Source: Gammaproteobacteria bacterium
Lineage (GTDB): Bacteria > Pseudomonadota > Gammaproteobacteria > CAJXQU01
DNA: 64,000 nt
NCBI GenBank assembly: GCA_965238175.1
Contig: CBDEGZ010000003.1
Location: forward strand, 864,001 to 928,000
Reading direction: 5' to 3'
Shown here: piece after piece, positions 37,730-46,492 of the stretch
Numbering within the stretch: the first letter of the stretch is position 1
Layout: the number at the start of each line of letters is the position of its first letter
The notes under the pieces: model-generated
Told to the model about the DNA's origin: nothing
What the model saw: only the letters and a program-made list of their open reading frames with translations
Databases searched by the model: none
Translations under genes and position numbers: made by a program

Positions 37730-38955
37730 TGTAGAAGTTTAGACCCAATCTGACACATCACTAAATCAAGCGGAGCGTAGCGACGCTTGATTTAGTGAGA
37801 GTTACCCGCTTTGATGTAACTGCAACGTAAACATCAAAACACAAAGAGGTAACTCTCATGATTCATACTAATGACAAAGTTATAAAACATAAAGTTGGTC
37901 TACTCAATCTCGCTGAAGAACTCGGCAATGTCTCAAAAGCCTGCAAGATGATGGGTTTGTCCAGAGATACATTTTATCGCTACAAAGAAGCGGCTGATGA
38001 AGGCGGTGTAGAAGCCTTGTTTGATCGTAATCGGCGTACCCCAAATCTTAAAAACAGAATCGACCCGGCTATTGAAACCGTTGTGCTCGAGTATGCACTG
38101 GAAGAGCCCGCACATGGTCAAACGCGCACCAGTAACGAGCTGCGCAAACGGGGAACATTTGTCTCACCCAGTGGCGTTCGTTGTATCTGGCTTCGTCATG
38201 GTCTTGCTTGCTTTAAAGATCGCCTGAAGGCATTGTCTGATAAGGTAGCTGGTGAAGGCTTGATCCTCACTGAGTCTCAAGTCGCGGCGATGGAACGCAA
38301 GAAAGACGACGATGAGGCTTGTGGCGAGATAGAGACGGCACACCCTGGTTATCTTGGCTCGCAAGATACTTACTATGTCGGTACTTTCAAAGGCATTGGT
38401 CGGGTTTATCAACAAACGTTTGTTGATACTTACAGCAAGGTCGCTCACGCGAAACTGTACCCGACTAAAACACCGATTACGGCAGCTGACATGCTCAATG
38501 ACCGCGTCCTCCCATTCTACGAAGAACAACGTTTGCCTATGTTGCGCATTTTGACAGATAGAGGGACGGAGTATTGTGGGCGAGCTGACCAGCATGATTA
38601 TCAGCTTTATATGGCGTTGAACAATATCGAACACACCAAAACCAAGGTCAAATCACCTCAGACGAATGGTATTTGTGAGCGATTCCATAAGACGATCCTC
38701 AATGAGTTTTATCAAGTCGCTTTGCGTAAGAAAATTTACCAATCGATTGATGAACTGCAACTCGACCTTGACGAATGGTTGCTCAAATACAATACTCAAC
38801 GAACTCACCAAGGCAAAATGTGCTGCGGGAGGACGCCGATGGAAACACTCATCGACGGACAAGCTATCTGGAAGGAAAAGTTTGTGAATTAAACTTAACC
38901 TGACAGTCGGTTACTGATAATTGGGTAACTGTCAGATCAAATCTGAATTTCTACA
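37730..38955 (+). mobile_element. Complete IS481-family insertion sequence (1226 bp)
   Basis: TGT...ACA ends; 26-bp imperfect IRs (TGTAGAAGTTTAGACCCAATCTGACA vs TGTAGAAATTCAGATTTGATCTGACA); 7-bp direct repeat TATCAAG at 37723-37729 and 38956-38962. Confidence 0.92.
37858..38892 (+). CDS. IS481-family DDE transposase
   Basis: N-terminal HTH (LGNVSKACK..SRDTFYRY), QDT..TDRGTEY..NGICERF rve core. Confidence 0.95.
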   Translation: MIHTNDKVIKHKVGLLNLAEELGNVSKACKMMGLSRDTFYRYKEAADEGGVEALFDRNRRTPNLKNRIDPAIETVVLEYALEEPAHGQTRTSNELRKRGTFVSPSGVRCIWLRHGLACFKDRLKALSDKVAGEGLILTESQVAAMERKKDDDEACGEIETAHPGYLGSQDTYYVGTFKGIGRVYQQTFVDTYSKVAHAKLYPTKTPITAADMLNDRVLPFYEEQRLPMLRILTDRGTEYCGRADQHDYQLYMALNNIEHTKTKVKSPQTNGICERFHKTILNEFYQVALRKKIYQSIDELQLDLDEWLLKYNTQRTHQGKMCCGRTPMETLIDGQAIWKEKFVN

Positions 38956-38957
38956 TA

Positions 38958-40628
38958 TCAAGGTAATGGGCGATATTTAACTCGTCGAGGTTGATCTGCA
39001 TCATCCCCCAAGCGTTTCTTTCGATCTTTCTCATAATCAGAATAATCACCTTCAAACCAAGTAATCTGACTATCCCCTTCAAAGGCTAGAATATGAGTTG
39101 CTATTCGATCTAGAAACCAGCGGTCATGCGATATAACAACGACACAACCTGGGAAATTAAGTATTGCTTCTTCTAATGCCCGCAGTGTTTCAACATCAAG
39201 ATCATTTGTAGGCTCATCAAGGAGTAAAACATTACCTCCTGAGCGTAACATTTTAGCGAGATGTACTCTATTTCGTTCTCCACCTGAAAGTTGTCCAATT
39301 TGTTTTTGTTGATCACCGCCTTTGAAGTTGAAGCGTCCGACATAACTTCTAGACGGGCATTCATAAGTGTCGACTTTAATAATATCTTGTCCATCAGAGA
39401 TCTCTTCCCAGACAGTTTTTGTATCATCAAGTGAATCTCTAGATTGATCAACATAAGCAAACTTAACAGAATCGCCTACTTTTATTTCTCCTCCATCAGG
39501 ACTTTCTTGTTCAGTCATAAGTCTAAATAAGGTTGATTTACCCGCACCATTTGGACCAATAATTCCAACAATACCCCCTGGAGGTAAATTAAACGTTAGT
39601 TGATCATAGAGAAGCTTATCTCCATAGGCTTTTTTAAGATTTGTTGCCGTTACAACAACATCGCCAAGCCGTGGACCTGGTGGAATGTATATTTCATTAG
39701 TCTCATTACGCTGTTGGAAATCTTTTGAATTAAGATCATTAAATTGTTGCAGTCGAGCCTTACTTTTTGCATGTCTTCCCTTAGCCCCTTTTCTTACCCA
39801 TTCTAATTCTGCTTTAATTGCCTTCTGATGAGAGCGTTGTTGTTTTTCTTCATTAGCCAAACGATCATCTTTTTGTTCTAGCCAAGATGAATAGTTTCCT
39901 TCCCAAGGAATTCCATGACCTCTATCAAGTTCTAAAATCCAACCAGCGACATTATCTAAAAAGTAACGATCATGTGTAACCGCAACGACAGTGCCTTCGA
40001 ATTGTTCGAGAAAACGTTCTAACCAGGCGACTGATTCCGCATCTAAATGATTAGTTGGTTCATCAAGCAATAACATATCTGGAGAAGATAATAGTAATCG
40101 ACAGAGTGCGACTCGTCGACGTTCGCCACCGGATAATGTTGTAACATCAGCATCCCAAGGTGGTAATCGCAAAGCATCAGCAGCCATTTCAAGTTTTCGA
40201 TCTAATTCCCAAGCACCTGCAGCATCAATGGCTGTCTGAACTTTTGATTGTTCTTCAAGTAACTGAGTCATTTGATCATCATCCATAGGCTCTGCAAAAC
40301 GAGCATTGATGTCATCAAATTGTTTTAATAGTAATGCAATTTCAGCTACAGCTTCCTCGACATTCCCTCGAACATCTTTTGTAGGGTCAAGTTGCGGTTC
40401 TTGTGGTAGATAGCCTATATTTAGCTGCTTCATGGGGATGGCTTCACCATCAAATTCTTTATCTACACCTGCCATAATTTTTAGAAGAGTAGATTTTCCA
40501 GAACCATTAAGTCCAAGTACGCCGATTTTTGCACCAGGGAAAAAACTTAGTGAAATATCACGCAGGATTGTCCGCTTGGGTGGAACAATCTTATTGACGC
40601 GATTCATTGAAAACACATATTGTGCCAT
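38958..40628 (-). CDS. ettA: Energy-dependent translational throttle ABC-F ATPase
   Basis: [22 protein letters not shown] start, two ABC domains, ELEWVR linker. Confidence 0.96.
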   Translation of the reverse strand: MAQYVFSMNRVNKIVPPKRTILRDISLSFFPGAKIGVLGLNGSGKSTLLKIMAGVDKEFDGEAIPMKQLNIGYLPQEPQLDPTKDVRGNVEEAVAEIALLLKQFDDINARFAEPMDDDQMTQLLEEQSKVQTAIDAAGAWELDRKLEMAADALRLPPWDADVTTLSGGERRRVALCRLLLSSPDMLLLDEPTNHLDAESVAWLERFLEQFEGTVVAVTHDRYFLDNVAGWILELDRGHGIPWEGNYSSWLEQKDDRLANEEKQQRSHQKAIKAELEWVRKGAKGRHAKSKARLQQFNDLNSKDFQQRNETNEIYIPPGPRLGDVVVTATNLKKAYGDKLLYDQLTFNLPPGGIVGIIGPNGAGKSTLFRLMTEQESPDGGEIKVGDSVKFAYVDQSRDSLDDTKTVWEEISDGQDIIKVDTYECPSRSYVGRFNFKGGDQQKQIGQLSGGERNRVHLAKMLRSGGNVLLLDEPTNDLDVETLRALEEAILNFPGCVVVISHDRWFLDRIATHILAFEGDSQITWFEGDYSDYEKDRKKRLGDDADQPRRVKYRPLP

Positions 40629-40658
40629 TAAATTACCTCATTTATTGAACAGGATTAA

Positions 40659-41432
40659 CTAGGCTGTGATTTGATCTCGAGTAAAGACCCAATTATTATT
40701 TTCGGACAAAGCAGGGTCAAATTTATATCCATTTAAGCTAAAACTTTTGATCTTGTCAGGATCTTTGATTTTATTCTCAATAATAAAGCGACTCATTAGT
40801 CCACGCGCTTTTTTTGCATAAAAGCTGATCAACTTATAAGTACCATTTTTGTTATCTTTAAAGATCGGAGTAATTATTTCTGCTTCAATATTTTTAGTTT
40901 TTAATACTTTTGAATATTCGTTTGAAGCTAAATTAATAAGGACAGAATTTTTATCAAATTCATGGTTAATGGCCTCTGTTAATTTGTTGCCCCAGAATTC
41001 ATACAAATTAGATCCTCGTAGGTTCGTAAAACGAGTCCCCATTTCAAGACGATAGGCTTGTATTAAGTCTAAAGGTTTTAATAAACCGTATAATCCTGAC
41101 AAAACTTTCAAATGTTTTTGTGCAAATTGAATATCTTTTTTGTTTAGCGATTCGGCATCAAGACCAGTATAAACATCACCTTTAAAAGCATAGATACATT
41201 GTTTTGAATTTTTAGGTGTAAAAGGTGTTTGCCAAGACTGATTTCGATTGTAATTAAGTTCGCCCAGTTTTTCGCTGATCTTCATAAGTGAACTGAGATC
41301 GTGAGGACCGAGTTGTTTTAACTCATCCATTAACTGACAACTGTCTTCTAGAAAATCAGGTGTAGTATAGTCCTCGAACTTAGGTTTTGATTCAAAATCC
41401 AGTGTTTTAGCCGGAGAGATAATAATTTGCAT
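40659..41432 (-). CDS. yaaA: Peroxide stress resistance protein YaaA
   Basis: IISPAKTLD, FKGDVY, LSGLYGLL, YRLEMG, NLASNEY, AKKARG; ATG 41432. Confidence 0.93.
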   Translation of the reverse strand: MQIIISPAKTLDFESKPKFEDYTTPDFLEDSCQLMDELKQLGPHDLSSLMKISEKLGELNYNRNQSWQTPFTPKNSKQCIYAFKGDVYTGLDAESLNKKDIQFAQKHLKVLSGLYGLLKPLDLIQAYRLEMGTRFTNLRGSNLYEFWGNKLTEAINHEFDKNSVLINLASNEYSKVLKTKNIEAEIITPIFKDNKNGTYKLISFYAKKARGLMSRFIIENKIKDPDKIKSFSLNGYKFDPALSENNNWVFTRDQITA

Positions 41433-41497
41433 GAGTAATCTCCATAAGTGATGTACCCTATTGTACAACTTTTTAGCATTATATTTGGAGGCACATT

Positions 41498-42181
41498 ATG
41501 GTTGATGAAACCGAAAAATTAGCTCAAGCAATGTATGATCTTGGCGAAATCACCTTAGTAGAGATTACAGATAATCTAAAACAAGATCCTTTTGATCAAC
41601 AAAAGATATACGAAAAATGGATTAAAGAAGAAGAATGGCAGTTACGTGATCAAGGTTTACCATTAGCAATTGGTTTGGATCCCGGCAAATGGCAAGAACT
41701 TTTTAAACTTGCTGGATTTGAAGAAATTGAAAATGCGGCATGGAATGCTTTGAAGCAATTATCCCCTACAGATCAAGGCCCAAATGTTCTTAATCCTGAA
41801 GATGAAGTTGAAAACTGGAAAGTAAACTCAGCTGAGTTTTATCGATGGTTGAATCAACAGGGGATTAGCGTACCAGATGCACTAGATAGCTTGATGCAGT
41901 TTGTAATGACTATCGTTAAAAAGCCCGTGAGCGAAGCAATGGCGGCTGATCAGGCTGGTGCAATTCCGCAAACTCGATCAAGCGATAGAGAGAAGGTACT
42001 AGGTGCGGCATTTAATATAGTCTCCAAAGAGCCCAATGCTTGTCGTGATGATTCAGGTTTAACCAATGGCAGTAAATTAGCCGAAATGATCGCAGCGCAA
42101 TCTGTGCTCTGGTTTGAATCTTCAAAACCACCGATGAGTGTTAAAGACATGGGCGAGTTTTTGGAAAAATGGCTGGAGTGA
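41498..42181 (+). CDS. Hypothetical protein
   Basis: 227-aa ORF with GGAGG RBS and host-like codon usage; no family recognised with confidence. Confidence 0.75.
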   Translation: MVDETEKLAQAMYDLGEITLVEITDNLKQDPFDQQKIYEKWIKEEEWQLRDQGLPLAIGLDPGKWQELFKLAGFEEIENAAWNALKQLSPTDQGPNVLNPEDEVENWKVNSAEFYRWLNQQGISVPDALDSLMQFVMTIVKKPVSEAMAADQAGAIPQTRSSDREKVLGAAFNIVSKEPNACRDDSGLTNGSKLAEMIAAQSVLWFESSKPPMSVKDMGEFLEKWLE

Positions 42182-42224
42182 TCTTTCTAAAATGAATTTT
42201 ATGGCAAAATCAAAGGTTAAAAAT

Positions 42225-42641
42225 TTAAGGAGTAATCTGCAACTCAACTTTTTCAAATGAGTCACCTGTAAATAGAAATGAACCTAATACAGGCTCACCG
42301 TTCATCAGCGAAATAATAAAATAAGCGGTGCCAGGATATGCGGCTTCTTGCAAATCTTGATTCGATGGTAATGCTTCACTCCTGGGATGTGAATGATAAA
42401 TTCCACACAGATGTTCTCCATGTTCACGCATGGTTTTCAGTGCAGAAATTTGTGATTGAGGCTGCATAAAAAAGGAAGTTGCGGGATCAACGGCAATGTT
42501 TGGAATTCGATATAAACTTACTGGTAGCTGTTCTTCGATAGCCATATGAGTTGCCAGTAAACCGCATACTTCTTCATCTGGTGTTTCTAAAGCATGATTG
42601 AACATATGCTTTTTGAGTTGCTGCGGTAATTTAAATAACAT
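42225..42641 (-). CDS. JAMM/MPN+ (M67) metalloprotease
   Basis: EEVCGLL and YHSHP..PS..D JAMM motif. Confidence 0.92.
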   Translation of the reverse strand: MLFKLPQQLKKHMFNHALETPDEEVCGLLATHMAIEEQLPVSLYRIPNIAVDPATSFFMQPQSQISALKTMREHGEHLCGIYHSHPRSEALPSNQDLQEAAYPGTAYFIISLMNGEPVLGSFLFTGDSFEKVELQITP

Positions 42642-42648
42642 TTAGTGG

Positions 42649-43395
42649 CTAACTGGATCCACAAACAGGACAGTTAGGATCTTTTTTGTAATTCATCGTT
42701 TGAAATTCTGACGTTGTTGCATCAAACAGCATTAATTTACCGATTAGACTATTACCAATGTTGGTTATTAATTTGATTGCCTCCAAAGCTTGCATCGATC
42801 CGATAATGCCTAATAGTGGGGCAATCACACCCGTCAGGCTACAAGTCTCGTCTGAAAATTCATCATCATTGTATAAACAGCGATAACAAGGAGTAGCAGA
42901 ATCACGATGATCAAAAACACTTAACTGCCCTTCGAAACGAATTGCCGCGCCAGAAACCAGTGGCGTTTTTGTTTCATGACATGCCTTGTTAACAGAAAAT
43001 CGAGTTGCAAAATTATCACTACCATCGATAACGACAGCAACATTTTTTGTTTGCTGGATTAGTTCTTTATCATCCAGCTGTTTGTTAATAGTGGTAATTT
43101 TGCAATCAGGGTTTAATTCAAGAAGTCGATCTCTGGCTGATTCAACTTTTGCGCGATCTATATCATTCGTAGAGTGGACAATCTGTCTTTGTAAATTAGA
43201 TAATTCAACGATATCAAAATCGACCAAAATCAAATGGCCTACACCTGCCGACGCCAGATACATAGAAACAGGAGAGCCTAGACCGCCCAAGCCGATCAAT
43301 AAAACGGACGAATTCAGGAGTTTTTGTTGGCCTTCAATATCGATTTTCGGCAGCATGATCTGTCGGCTATATCGAAGTAATTGTTCGTCTTTCAT
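42649..43395 (-). CDS. moeB: MoeB/ThiF-family E1-like adenylyltransferase
   Basis: RYSRQI, GLGGLG, SNLQRQ, CYRC and CPVC zinc sites; no rhodanese domain. Confidence 0.88.
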   Translation of the reverse strand: MKDEQLLRYSRQIMLPKIDIEGQQKLLNSSVLLIGLGGLGSPVSMYLASAGVGHLILVDFDIVELSNLQRQIVHSTNDIDRAKVESARDRLLELNPDCKITTINKQLDDKELIQQTKNVAVVIDGSDNFATRFSVNKACHETKTPLVSGAAIRFEGQLSVFDHRDSATPCYRCLYNDDEFSDETCSLTGVIAPLLGIIGSMQALEAIKLITNIGNSLIGKLMLFDATTSEFQTMNYKKDPNCPVCGSS

Positions 43396-43559
43396 TGATC
43401 TAAATATTGATGCCAGTGCCGCGGACGATCATCTTTTTTGGTTTTATTTTGACGTAATTGATAATAACAAACATAAACAGTTTGGACGTGCGTTTCCCAC
43501 CCGCGTGGTGTTTCTTGCCACGCTTCATCTATTTTCTTTTTCCAGTCTGATATTTTCAT
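43392..43559 (-). CDS. Small hypothetical protein (55 aa) overlapping the moeB start
   Basis: MKISDWKKKIDEAWQETPRGWETHVQTVYVCYYQLRQNKTKKDDRPRHWHQYLDQ*; ATGA stop/start overlap with moeB. Confidence 0.5.
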   Translation of the reverse strand: MKISDWKKKIDEAWQETPRGWETHVQTVYVCYYQLRQNKTKKDDRPRHWHQYLDQ

Positions 43560-43605
43560 AGAATGATCTTACAGAAAATTATTATGAGAATTATTCCAGC
43601 TCCAA

Positions 43606-44442
43606 TCAAGGCCATTGCCCAAGTGTTACTCTATCAAGGTTAGCATAATCTTGCAGTGTTTCGATCGCTCGGAAACCACGACTATCCAATAATTTCTGAA
43701 CAGTTTGTTTTTGATCATAACCGTGTTCAAGAACTAACCAGCCATTTTTATTTAAATGTTCAGGTGTTTCTTGAATGATTTCTCGTATGGCATCTAAACC
43801 ATCCGGTCCACTTGTTAGCGCCAGCAAGGGTTCATATTGAACATCGCCTTGTTTCAAACAGGAATGATCGTCAGCAATATAGGGAGGGTTACTGACGATA
43901 AGATCAAAACTAGACAGCCCTAACGCCTCACACCAATGCCCTTGCTGTAGTTTGATATTTTTCAGCTGCAGTTGATCAATATTTTTAGCCGTAACCTTTA
44001 AAGTGTCTTCGAATATATCTGTCGCAAGGATTTCACAATCAGAATTCTCCGTGGCTATTGAAACTGCAATTGCACCGCTTCCTGTTCCTAGATCAGCAAT
44101 AGTTTTGATTGAATGTTTTGTGAGCAAAGAATTTGCCAGTGCAACCAGATGCTCAGTTTCCGGGCGCGGAATCAGCGTGTTTTGATCAACAAATAAATCA
44201 AGCGACCAGAATTCGCGGTGTCCGGTTAGATGAGCAATAGGAATTCCTGAAACTCTTTTTTCTACCAGATCAGAGAATTGTTTCTGTTTTTGATCAGAAA
44301 TAATTTCTTCAGGATATTTATATAAATAACTGCGATCAATATTGAAGACATGGCAAAGTAAAACCTGTGCATCAATCTGAGGAGATTCTGATCCGTACAG
44401 TTTTTTTTGACCCTGCTCAAGCAAGGTCGCGATGGAACTCAT
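43606..44442 (-). CDS. prmC: Release factor glutamine methyltransferase
   Basis: [27 protein letters not shown]. Confidence 0.97.
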   Translation of the reverse strand: MSSIATLLEQGQKKLYGSESPQIDAQVLLCHVFNIDRSYLYKYPEEIISDQKQKQFSDLVEKRVSGIPIAHLTGHREFWSLDLFVDQNTLIPRPETEHLVALANSLLTKHSIKTIADLGTGSGAIAVSIATENSDCEILATDIFEDTLKVTAKNIDQLQLKNIKLQQGHWCEALGLSSFDLIVSNPPYIADDHSCLKQGDVQYEPLLALTSGPDGLDAIREIIQETPEHLNKNGWLVLEHGYDQKQTVQKLLDSRGFRAIETLQDYANLDRVTLGQWP

Positions 44443-45524
44443 GCGGAGGCCATAGAGGCAAATAGATCGGCCTGATGTTCCTGAATAAGTGGCTCGATAA
44501 TTTGATCAAGATCACCTTCTAAAATTTGATCAAGTTTATACAGCGTCAAATTAATTCGATGATCGGTAATGCGACCTTGAGGGAAATTATAAGTTCGGAT
44601 CCGTTCGGAACGATCACCACTTCCAACCAGACTACGACGATTTTCAGCTTGTTCCGATTCTTGTTTTTCGCGTTCGGCCGAAAGCAATCTTGATTTCAGA
44701 AAGTTCATCGCGTGCGCTTTGTTTTTATGCTGCGAACGCTCATCCTGACATTCAACAACAACACCAGTAGGTAGATGAGTGATCCGGATGGCAGAATCGG
44801 TTTTATTAACATGTTGCCCACCCGCGCCAGATGCACGAAATGTATCAATGCGAAGATCAGCCGGATTAATTTCTATGTCATCGACTTCTTCAACTTCTGG
44901 CAAAATCGCGACAGTACAAGCGGAGGTATGAATACGACCTTGAGATTCTGTTTCAGGTACACGCTGAACTCGATGTGCACCAGATTCAAACTTCATTCTG
45001 GAATAGGCACCTTGCCCAATAACACGAATAATTACCTCTTTGTAGCCACCGATTTCACTAATGCTCTGACTGATGGGTTCTATTTTCCAGTTTCGAGATT
45101 CCGTATAACGTGTATACATGCGTAAAAGAGCGCCAACAAACAGCGCCGCTTCATCGCCGCCCGTTCCAGCGCGTATCTCAAGAAAAATATTACTGTCATC
45201 GGAAGGATCTTTAGGTAATAACAAGATCTGTAATTCGTGTTCTAGTGCTTTAATTTGGTCTTCAGCTTCTTTCAATTCTTCTGCCGCGAGTTCTCGCATA
45301 TCAGGGTCAGAATCTTTGAGCATTTCCTGAGAACTAGTAATGGTTTCCTGATTCTCCTGATATTTCTGAAAGCAGAAAACGACAGGTTCTACTTCGGAAT
45401 ATTCACGTGAAAGTTCACGGAATTTATTTTGATCATTAATAATCTCTGGTGCAGAAAGCATGCCTTCCAGCTCTGTCTTACGTTCGGACAGGTTTTCCAG
45501 TTTTAGAATCAGGGAGTTTTTCAT
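44439..45524 (-). CDS. prfA: Peptide chain release factor 1
   Basis: [15 protein letters not shown] (PxT), [17 protein letters not shown]. Confidence 0.98.
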   Translation of the reverse strand: MKNSLILKLENLSERKTELEGMLSAPEIINDQNKFRELSREYSEVEPVVFCFQKYQENQETITSSQEMLKDSDPDMRELAAEELKEAEDQIKALEHELQILLLPKDPSDDSNIFLEIRAGTGGDEAALFVGALLRMYTRYTESRNWKIEPISQSISEIGGYKEVIIRVIGQGAYSRMKFESGAHRVQRVPETESQGRIHTSACTVAILPEVEEVDDIEINPADLRIDTFRASGAGGQHVNKTDSAIRITHLPTGVVVECQDERSQHKNKAHAMNFLKSRLLSAEREKQESEQAENRRSLVGSGDRSERIRTYNFPQGRITDHRINLTLYKLDQILEGDLDQIIEPLIQEHQADLFASMASA

Positions 45525-45672
45525 GAATAAAGTTCAGGTTGTTGTAGAAAAAGGGTAAAGCGTATCTTATAGATCAAGCAAGCCATTTTACCTGAAATAA
45601 AGATGAATTTGGGGCTTATCCCGAACCACGAAAAATCACGGGTTCGGATGCTTAAAAATGTTTTAGATATTA

Positions 45673-46035
45673 TTAATCAGAACTGCTGAGTTTTTTCGTA
45701 TCAGAATTTTGATCTTTAGCCATTACAAGGTTACCTTCGAAAATCGCACCTTCTGCGATGACTAAATCACGCGTGCTGACTTTGCCTTTGATCTTGCCTG
45801 TTTTAGCAATCTCAACCCGCGTAGCCGCAGTAATATCCCCTTCAAAGGTACCTTCTACAATACAAATATTTGTGACAACATTCGCCTCAACAGAACCAGC
45901 CTCACTAATTAAAAGTGTGCCGTTAATCCCTTTGATGGAACCATTCACCTTCCCATCAATATTAAGCGAGCCTTCAAAATTAATCTCACCCGAAAACTCA
46001 AAGCCTTGTCCCACAAGACCAATAGAATCCTTCAT
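45673..46035 (-). CDS. Bactofilin (polymer-forming cytoskeletal) protein
   Basis: Beta-helix pattern F.G.I...GSLNIDG.V.G.I, L.IAEGAIFEG. Confidence 0.9.
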   Translation of the reverse strand: MKDSIGLVGQGFEFSGEINFEGSLNIDGKVNGSIKGINGTLLISEAGSVEANVVTNICIVEGTFEGDITAATRVEIAKTGKIKGKVSTRDLVIAEGAIFEGNLVMAKDQNSDTKKLSSSD

Positions 46036-46077
46036 TACCTTTCCTCTAATAAATATTTAATACCGTAGGAAATATTC

Positions 46078-46094
46078 AGCATCTTTTATGCCAG
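46078..46094 (-). promoter_or_regulatory. Putative sigma54 (-24/-12) promoter for the bactofilin gene
   Basis: Minus strand CTGGCATAAAAGATGCT = GG-N10-GC, about 43 nt upstream of the ATG. Confidence 0.5.
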
Positions 46095-46492
46095 CTAAGC
46101 AAGATATGGGCTAATAACATTTGTGAACGTGATGTTAAAGAGTAATTTTCCAAATTGGCCTATAAATAGAGGAAGCAGAAAATTTGAGTGTTCGTTATAA
46201 ATACCACACCCAAATTAAGCTTGATTAGTTAGTATGAAACAAACTTAAGGTATTTTTTATTGTCGAGTTTTAAGATCTACTATTTGTATTTATATAGGTC
46301 AGTGGAACAGGCTTATTTTTTAGTACAGCTACTCCTAAAAAAATGGCACAAAAATTGAATGTACAAACACAGAAGCACCAAACATTGACACAACAGTCAG
46401 GCTAAAAAACTGAACAACATAATCTAAGACAACCCCTGGGGCAGACCGTATTTGTGGACTCCCTGGGTCTGCATAGGAGAGCCGCATTGAAC

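Noticed and set aside
42225-43395. CBASS/Bil-type ubiquitin-like antiphage system
   Set aside because: No E2, cyclase, ubiquitin-like protein or effector; the E1 is a plain MoeB in a prfA-prmC operon.
42986-43561. 191-aa plus-strand ORF, and other antisense ORFs across polA, rpoBC, fusA, IS481 and RHS genes
   Set aside because: Shadow frames of well-supported genes on the opposite strand or in another frame; no motifs.
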